Position numbers and translations under genes: made by a program. The notes beneath the pieces were generated by a model. The model was not told the DNA's origin. It saw nothing but the letters and a program-made list of their open reading frames with translations, and did not search any database. Of a DNA stretch of 32,191 nucleotides, positions 26,193 through 32,191 are shown piece after piece. The DNA comes from a virus. Its lineage: Duplodnaviria; Caudoviricetes. The stretch covers positions 1 to 32,191 of the IMG/VR virus record IMGVR_UViG_3300044715_000401, one strand, 5' to 3'. How positions within the stretch are numbered: the first letter of the stretch is position 1; every line of letters begins with the position of its first letter.

Positions 26193-26278
26193 ATCAGCGG
26201 TACGGAGTGAATTGCACGAAGCTCACACTGTGGGAATACTTACTATTGATAGAACACACCTCTAAAACTAAGGACTGA
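26024..26278 (+). CDS. -1 frameshift extension of the tail chaperone (gpGT-like C-terminus, 84 aa)
   Basis: The -1 frame has TAG at 26012-26014, then is open (YRDAAQGY...KLTLWEYLLLIEHTSKTKD) to TGA 26276-26278, which overlaps the next ATG. Confidence 0.7.
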   Translation, partial: YRDAAQGYAALANAIRARFADLFDGNRQDGGTPIEQSAGQKLAKQNEDGFIQRTLLNQRYGVNCTKLTLWEYLLLIEHTSKTKD

Positions 26279-26586
26279 TGGGATTAAGAATAATATACAA
26301 TGATGCAACTCAACAACAAAATACATTAATACAATGTGTATTTACTGTTGAAGATATTGATACTGGCAGTACTGTCAATGGTTATTTTTTCTATTTTGAT
26401 GTTCAAAACTTCTCTTGTGTATTCGACAATGAATATCTTGGCATGGTAGAGTTGATGTTTGGACCGAATAAATTTCAGATAACAGACAGTTATATTGAGT
26501 TCATCGATGGGAGTGGTAATCCAGTAGCTGATCCGAAGTCTCTTGCTGACTATATAATTGGTGATGTATCTCAATATTCTGCATGA
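26278..26586 (+). CDS. Hypothetical tail-associated protein, paralog 1
   Basis: 102 aa, AT-rich, similar to the next gene. Confidence 0.65.
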   Translation: MGLRIIYNDATQQQNTLIQCVFTVEDIDTGSTVNGYFFYFDVQNFSCVFDNEYLGMVELMFGPNKFQITDSYIEFIDGSGNPVADPKSLADYIIGDVSQYSA

Positions 26587-26891
26587 TGGCTAAGTACATA
26601 CAATACGTTTCGACAAGCAACTTGCTGGGGGCAACAATACTCGTATCAAATTTCATCATAGAAGATGATAACGGAGCTTTGAACAATTTTAATTTCACCT
26701 TTGATGCTCGTAAATTTGCTGCGTTTCATCAAGGTAGGTCAATTGATTTTGGCGAGTTGATGTTCAACCATAACAAACTACAAATAACAGATGAATATGC
26801 TGAATGGAGAGATCCGAATGGCGATCCATATATCAATTTAAGTGATTTAATTGATGCAGTAGTTGGTGATGTAGCAACCTTCATTCCCTGA
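26583..26891 (+). CDS. Hypothetical tail-associated protein, paralog 2
   Basis: 102 aa, shares ELMF..NK.QITD.Y.E..D..G.P and GDV with paralog 1. Confidence 0.65.
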   Translation: MMAKYIQYVSTSNLLGATILVSNFIIEDDNGALNNFNFTFDARKFAAFHQGRSIDFGELMFNHNKLQITDEYAEWRDPNGDPYINLSDLIDAVVGDVATFIP

Positions 26892-29233
26892 TGCCAACCT
26901 ATACCATAGTCGACTTCTCCTCCACTACCGTCAAGGTGACGGTGGACTTGGATGAATATGTCTATAAGAAAACATACTGCTCGACTGCGGTCTTTGGTGA
27001 CTATTTGTACTTCTATGCTCATCAGGTTGAGCAGAACTACTTCAGGCAGCAATGGGCGATTGACTACAATGATTGCACGAATCCAGCGACTGCGAGTGCA
27101 GCAGCTTTGAAGACTGCGGTTGATGCTATCCTCAACAACTATGCAGTGCCTACTGGTGGGTATGTGCCGTACGTTGGTGCGACTGGCAATGTTGACTTGG
27201 GTGCGAATGGTCTGATCACAGACTTCGTCAGCTTCGACCTGACACCAGTTGCAGCACCGGGTGCAGGTCAGATAGCATATCAAGGGAATACTGGTGCATT
27301 GAGCTATCTGTTCAACAATAGCAACGTGATGTGTAGCATTGGTCAGACTATGCACGCTTATGTCAAAAATGGCGAAGCGGTAACTATCACCAAAGGTCAA
27401 GCGGTGTTCTTGTTCAGTGCTTCGGGCAACAAGGCGACCGTGAAGCTTGCGAATAATACGAGCGATGCTACGAGTGCTAAGACCTTCGGATTGGCTGCTG
27501 AAGACATTGGTGCTAATCAGAATGGAATGGTGATCTGTCAAGGCGTTATTGATGGGTTGAATACCTCAATGTTCACCGCAGGAGATATTTTGTACTTGGG
27601 CAACACGGCAGGATCATATACGAATGTCAAGCCGTATGCACCGAATCACTTAGTTTACATTGGAATCGTAGAGAGGGCGAATGCTGGCAATGGTCAGATA
27701 TATGTGCGTGTGCAGAATGGGTATGAGATGGACGAGATTCATGATGTCGACCTCATCACTACTCCTCCGGTAGCGAACAACGTGCTTACATACAATGGTA
27801 CTCTATGGGTAGCGAGCAACGTAGCGTTGGCATCGATGTCGAACCTTGCTGCCAATAGTATCATAGGCAACAATACTGGCTCACCAGCGACACCGATTGC
27901 GTTGACAGTGACTCAAGCCACTGCGATGCTTAACACCTTCACAAGCTCATTGAAGGGTCTTGCGCCTGCCAGTGGTGGTGGTACTACGAATTTCTTGAGA
28001 GCAGATGGCACATGGGCAGCACCGGGTGGAGGTGGTGGAGGTATCACATCGCTGAACGCTCTGACTGGCGCAACGCAGACCTTTGCAACTGGTACTACTG
28101 GTACGAATTTTAATATCAGCAGTGCAGGAACTACACACACTTTCAATATACCTGATGCTTCGGCTTCTGCTCGTGGTTTGGTCACTACCAATACACAGAC
28201 ATTCGCTGGTGCTAAGACATTCAGTTCTGCGCCTACATTCAGCACGATGACTGCGGGCAGTGTGTTGTTTGCCGGTACGAGTGGTGTGCTGACTCAGGAC
28301 AACGCTCAGTTGTTCTTCAATGATACGAATGATACGCTTGGTATAGGAACGGCTTCGCCTTCTTCAAAGGTTCATATAGTTGTGGGTACTTTAGTTGCAA
28401 GTACAAAGCAATATGGATTGCACGTTACTGCAACCATGCCGACCACATATAGTTATTTACCGCAGGGTGTATTTTTTGATATTACGTCAGCAGGTTCACA
28501 ATCAAACACGAGCTACCCTCAGCGTGGTGTTCAATGTACTTTAAATGCAGGTTATACTGGTAGCGCATCTACCGCAGCGTTGGTTGCAAGTAATCTTGCA
28601 GTGGGAACAGCAGGCAGTATTGTTGTTGATGGAACTCCATTAGGGAACTCAGCTTTTACGTATGCTTCAATAGGAAATACAACTGGCTACAATTACGGAG
28701 CAGCAGGATTTGCAAGATTTGGTAATGTAAGTATTGGTGGTGTATTTCGCTCAGGTTCAACAACCATATCTCAAAATAAAAATGGAGCAAAATATATCGG
28801 ATGTTTTGGTGTAGCTCGTAATGATACCGCATCAGGAAGTGTATCCTGCGGTGGGTACTTCGGATTGAACACAACAGACCCGACATTTGCGAACTGTGCG
28901 TTGATGGCTGATAATTCAGATGCAGCCTATGACATATTCGTTGCAAGGGATAATGGCTCTGTCAAATGGAGTATTGCAGATGGAGGAAATACCACATGGG
29001 CAGATGCCGTCAACATGGTCTTCAATACCACAACTGGAACAAAGATTGGCACGGCAACAACGCAGAAAATTGGATTTTGGAACGCTGCACCAATAGTACA
29101 ACCTACTACTGCCGTAGCAGCAGCAACGAGAGTAGGTGGTGGTGGTACTACATTAACAGACACGGACACCTTTGATGGGTATACACTCGCAAAAGTTGTG
29201 CGTGCATTACGTAACTCAGGACTATTAGCATAA
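26891..29233 (+). CDS. Tail fibre / receptor-binding protein
   Basis: 780 aa, Gly/Thr/Ala/Ser-rich mosaic with fibre-type motifs YVPYVGATGNVDLG, GTTNFLRADGTWA, QTFAGAKTF and LGIGTASP. Confidence 0.8.
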   Translation: MPTYTIVDFSSTTVKVTVDLDEYVYKKTYCSTAVFGDYLYFYAHQVEQNYFRQQWAIDYNDCTNPATASAAALKTAVDAILNNYAVPTGGYVPYVGATGNVDLGANGLITDFVSFDLTPVAAPGAGQIAYQGNTGALSYLFNNSNVMCSIGQTMHAYVKNGEAVTITKGQAVFLFSASGNKATVKLANNTSDATSAKTFGLAAEDIGANQNGMVICQGVIDGLNTSMFTAGDILYLGNTAGSYTNVKPYAPNHLVYIGIVERANAGNGQIYVRVQNGYEMDEIHDVDLITTPPVANNVLTYNGTLWVASNVALASMSNLAANSIIGNNTGSPATPIALTVTQATAMLNTFTSSLKGLAPASGGGTTNFLRADGTWAAPGGGGGGITSLNALTGATQTFATGTTGTNFNISSAGTTHTFNIPDASASARGLVTTNTQTFAGAKTFSSAPTFSTMTAGSVLFAGTSGVLTQDNAQLFFNDTNDTLGIGTASPSSKVHIVVGTLVASTKQYGLHVTATMPTTYSYLPQGVFFDITSAGSQSNTSYPQRGVQCTLNAGYTGSASTAALVASNLAVGTAGSIVVDGTPLGNSAFTYASIGNTTGYNYGAAGFARFGNVSIGGVFRSGSTTISQNKNGAKYIGCFGVARNDTASGSVSCGGYFGLNTTDPTFANCALMADNSDAAYDIFVARDNGSVKWSIADGGNTTWADAVNMVFNTTTGTKIGTATTQKIGFWNAAPIVQPTTAVAAATRVGGGGTTLTDTDTFDGYTLAKVVRALRNSGLLA

Positions 29234-29556
29234 TGACACTACAAGACAACGAAAGAGCAATACAACCAATTCAGACTTGGGTGAACGGTGAGGTCAAGAC
29301 GATGACTGTACTGCGGATTGACAACTACTTTCAATATGATTTCCTCATGAATCCCGGCATGGTTCACTATTGCCTATGCGGATACGAGGAGATTCCGCAG
29401 ACTGACTATGACGGCAATCCCATTACGGTCATCAACAAGCCTACGTTCGTCGATGGAAACATCCAACTCACATGGGAACTTGTCAACCAGTGGGGAGAAG
29501 ATGATACTATCATATTCAACTACGTGATAAATGAATTAAATTTGATACTGATATGA
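29233..29556 (+). CDS. Tail-fibre-associated protein
   Basis: 107 aa, coupled to the fibre gene by TAATG. Confidence 0.6.
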   Translation: MTLQDNERAIQPIQTWVNGEVKTMTVLRIDNYFQYDFLMNPGMVHYCLCGYEEIPQTDYDGNPITVINKPTFVDGNIQLTWELVNQWGEDDTIIFNYVINELNLILI

Positions 29557-29720
29557 GCGACAAGATTAAGGATTTGAAGGCTGAAGTTTATGACATACTG
29601 GCTCATATCGAGCAGTTGCAATTGCAGATTCAGGAATTGCAGAAGATGATGCAGGATAAGAACAAGCAGATTCAAGAGTTGTATGCCAAAGCCGAAGCAG
29701 TCAACAGTAGCAGTCTTTAG
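29553..29720 (+). CDS. Small coiled-coil protein, 55 aa
   Basis: MSDKIKDLKAEVYDILAHIEQLQLQIQELQK heptad pattern, ATGA overlap. Confidence 0.65.
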   Translation: MSDKIKDLKAEVYDILAHIEQLQLQIQELQKMMQDKNKQIQELYAKAEAVNSSSL

Positions 29721-29823
29721 GCGCAAGCCAAGCCGGAAGCGACCCGGAATACATAGCAAGAAGCGCAGCAGTGCGCTCAAGTCAAGTAAGAACTACCGAA
29801 AACGGTACAAAGGTCAGGGATAA
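29683..29823 (+). CDS. Small highly basic protein, 46 aa
   Basis: MPKPKQSTVAVFRRKPSRKRPGIHSKKRSSALKSSKNYRKRYKGQG. Stop abuts the tape measure ATG. Confidence 0.65.
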   Translation: MPKPKQSTVAVFRRKPSRKRPGIHSKKRSSALKSSKNYRKRYKGQG

Positions 29824-31845
29824 ATGGCGCAAACGGCTGAAATCAAAGTCATAGTCAGTTCGGACAGTAGCGAGCTTCAGAAGACCAACGATGAGTTGGA
29901 GACTACTGGCGTGATTGCTGGCGATGTCAACAAGAAATTCAAGGACCTTGAAGCTACCAATAAAAGCACCGAGAAGGGATTTGTAAGTCTGAAGACCCGA
30001 TTGCGTGAAGCGAAGGAGGAATTGCAGAGAACAGAGGAGAGATTTGGTGCATTTAGCAAGGAGGCAAATGCAGCAAGAGTACGTGCAGGTGCGCTTGCCG
30101 ATGAGATGGCTGACTTGAATCGTCAGGTGAGTTTATTGAATCCTGAAGATAGAATCAAAGCGTTCACTAATCTTGGGCAGGGAGTAGTAGGTGCGTTCAG
30201 TGTTGCAACTGGAGCAGTTCAGGCATTTGGTGCTGAGAACGAAAGAGTAGAAGCGATTGCAAGGAAGCTGCAAGGTGCATTGAATATTATTCAAGGTATT
30301 CAGTCTATCATCGGACTGAAGGAAGCATATCAAGATTTGAAGGTAGTGCTTGGATTGACAACCACTGCACAACAGACATTGGCAGTAGCGAATGAGGCAG
30401 AGGCAGCTTCGGCACAGACTGCAGCGGTAGCCAACAGAGGACTGGCTGCTTCGTTAGGTCCTATTGTATTAATAGTGGGTGCATTAGCTGCTGCATACTA
30501 TTTGCTTGCCGACTCGCAGGACGATGCTGCTGCAAGTCTTGATGATTTGAACGCAGCCTATGATGAACTGAAGAAGAACCAAGAGCTTGCATTGGCAATT
30601 GCGAAAGAACAAGGAGCGAGTGAACTTGAACAACTTGAGCTACGCAAGCAGAATAATAAATTGTACCAAGATACTCTTGCAAACATATTAAAAGTAGCCA
30701 AAGAAGAGAAAGATAGGAAAGGCATACAGAGCCAGATAAATGACCTGAAACGAGAGGAAAAGTTGCTCGCAGTGCAGATTGGAACTGCAACGGAGAATGC
30801 AACGCAGGCAGAACTTGAAAGGCTACAAAAGATAAGAGAAGAAAGAGATAAGAATCAAGCTGGACTCAAAGCTCAATTTGAGGCAGAATTTGCAGCGCAA
30901 AGTGCAGCAGTTGATAAGCAGTTGGCACTTCAAAATTTACAAACGAAAAACTTTATCCAGAATAGTAAAGATAGAAGAGATCAGGATATTATCAATGAAG
31001 TAGAAGCGACTAAACAAAAAATAGCAATTGCTGAAGATTTTGGCAAGGATACCCAAGAATTATATGCAAAGCTTGCTTTATTATTCAAGGAGTTAAAACA
31101 AAATGAAGTTAATGATGCAGAAGAAGCTGATGCTGAAAAATTACAATCTGCACAGTTCTTTGTATCCCAAACTGCTGGATTGAATCAAGCATTGTTTGAT
31201 TTCGGTCAAGCATTAACTGCAAGGGAGTTGCGTGAACTCGATAATCAACTCAATAGTAAGTTAATTAGTGAAGAAGAGTACAATCAAAAAGTAGCAGCGT
31301 TAAAAAGACAAGAGGCAGTAAGACAAAAGAACTTCGCAATCTTTGATGCTACACTTTCACTGGGTCAAGGTATTCTCAATGCTCTCACAACAAAGCCAGC
31401 AGAATTGATTCCTTTTGCGGTTGCATTCGCCAGTGCTATCGGAGGTTTGAACCTTGCCAAGATTATCGCTACGCCATTACCTCGATTCAAGGAAGGTTCG
31501 CTCAATATCGGAGGTGGAAACCTCGATGCTGATGGTGGGATGCACGCAATCGTCCACAGAGGTGAGGCAATCATCCCGGCTGACCGGAACAAGTCATACC
31601 ATCCAACATTAGAGGCTATCTACAACAAGCAAATCAGTCCTGCTGAGATTAACTCGTATGTACTGAATAGACTTGCAGGCAAGTCAGGCATTGGGCGTGA
31701 TACAGTTGTGGCGAGCGTTGACACCTACGGACTAAGCCGTGCCTTGAGCAAGAACAAATCCGTGCAGATTGAGAATGCACAGACGGTAGGCAAAGCCATC
31801 GCCAGCGAGCTTGCAAGAGGCTATAATAGGAGGCAGATAGTATGA
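29824..31845 (+). CDS. Tape measure protein
   Basis: 673 aa, Ala/Glu/Gln-rich helical protein with hydrophobic segments and a C-terminal RFKEG...IVHRGEAII motif. Confidence 0.88.
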   Translation: MAQTAEIKVIVSSDSSELQKTNDELETTGVIAGDVNKKFKDLEATNKSTEKGFVSLKTRLREAKEELQRTEERFGAFSKEANAARVRAGALADEMADLNRQVSLLNPEDRIKAFTNLGQGVVGAFSVATGAVQAFGAENERVEAIARKLQGALNIIQGIQSIIGLKEAYQDLKVVLGLTTTAQQTLAVANEAEAASAQTAAVANRGLAASLGPIVLIVGALAAAYYLLADSQDDAAASLDDLNAAYDELKKNQELALAIAKEQGASELEQLELRKQNNKLYQDTLANILKVAKEEKDRKGIQSQINDLKREEKLLAVQIGTATENATQAELERLQKIREERDKNQAGLKAQFEAEFAAQSAAVDKQLALQNLQTKNFIQNSKDRRDQDIINEVEATKQKIAIAEDFGKDTQELYAKLALLFKELKQNEVNDAEEADAEKLQSAQFFVSQTAGLNQALFDFGQALTARELRELDNQLNSKLISEEEYNQKVAALKRQEAVRQKNFAIFDATLSLGQGILNALTTKPAELIPFAVAFASAIGGLNLAKIIATPLPRFKEGSLNIGGGNLDADGGMHAIVHRGEAIIPADRNKSYHPTLEAIYNKQISPAEINSYVLNRLAGKSGIGRDTVVASVDTYGLSRALSKNKSVQIENAQTVGKAIASELARGYNRRQIV

Positions 31846-32191
31846 TGAGATTCAAGTTAGATGGCAACCTTGTTGACGCTCCTAAGAATTGGCAGGAGGT
31901 CAATACTACTATCAAGAGAGATCCTAACATCAATCTCTTTCTTCTCTATCAGGAGTACAATCTTGAGTTCGCAGATAGTGGTCATGCATATCTATCTAAT
32001 CTGAGTGTCAACGATAGCTTCTGCACGCAGGTGTCGGTGACAATTGAGGTCGAATGTGATCAGAAATGGAGTTTGATATTTCAGGGATTCATATTCTTGA
32101 GCGATTGCGAGTTCAACGAGAGAGCTTGCACGGTGAATTGCAAGGTCAATGACAAGAGTTTCTTCAGTAAGATAAACAACAACAAGAGTAT
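31842..32191 (+). CDS. Tail-tip / distal tail protein, 3'-truncated
   Basis: ATGA overlap with the tape measure gene. MMRFKLDGNLVDAPKNWQEV... stays open to the window end. Confidence 0.6.
   Translation, partial: MMRFKLDGNLVDAPKNWQEVNTTIKRDPNINLFLLYQEYNLEFADSGHAYLSNLSVNDSFCTQVSVTIEVECDQKWSLIFQGFIFLSDCEFNERACTVNCKVNDKSFFSKINNNKS

Noticed and set aside
26729-27541. 270-aa minus-strand ORF, and the other minus-strand ORFs in the track
   Set aside because: They lie antisense to well-supported + strand genes, show no recognisable motifs and look like shadow frames.
29720-29732. GGCGCAAGCCAAG, identical to part of the capsid-leader hairpin unit
   Set aside because: It lies inside the basic ORF (encoding RRKPS) and lacks the ATAGTAC part. 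Probably coincidental, though not excluded.
1-32191. Terminal repeats, integrase/att site, tRNA genes, diversity-generating retroelement, alternative genetic code
   Set aside because: The two ends do not match, and I saw no recombinase, reverse transcriptase or cloverleaf. Genes tile densely under the standard code, with TAA, TGA and TAG all used as stops.

Overview
Near-complete genome of a tailed dsDNA phage, probably a siphovirus (tape measure protein and tail tube, no sheath seen). All credible genes lie on the + strand and both window ends cut tail-type genes, so part of the tail-tip module is missing. A Bacteroidetes host is inferred from repeated TAnnTTTG (-7 type) promoter elements, A-rich leaders without Shine-Dalgarno sequences and a VirE-N-type primase. 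Gene order: glycosyltransferase, portal, minor head protein, scaffold, major capsid, neck, tail tube, lysis and beta-helix protein, FkbM methyltransferase, phosphoesterase, early genes, ERF, VRR-NUC, primase-helicase, putative origin, SSB-like, two GT2 glycosyltransferases, terminase, tail chaperone, tail fibre, tape measure protein, tail tip. I found no integrase, tRNA or CRISPR array. The most notable observations are a kissing-loop RNA leader on the primase-helicase gene, a tetraloop-hairpin array before the capsid gene, three glycosyltransferases plus FkbM (possible virion glycosylation), a DnaJ-type zinc finger in the portal, a hidden -1 frameshift product, a nested inverted-repeat origin and probably leaderless transcripts. 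All product calls come from motif recognition and gene context, not database searches.
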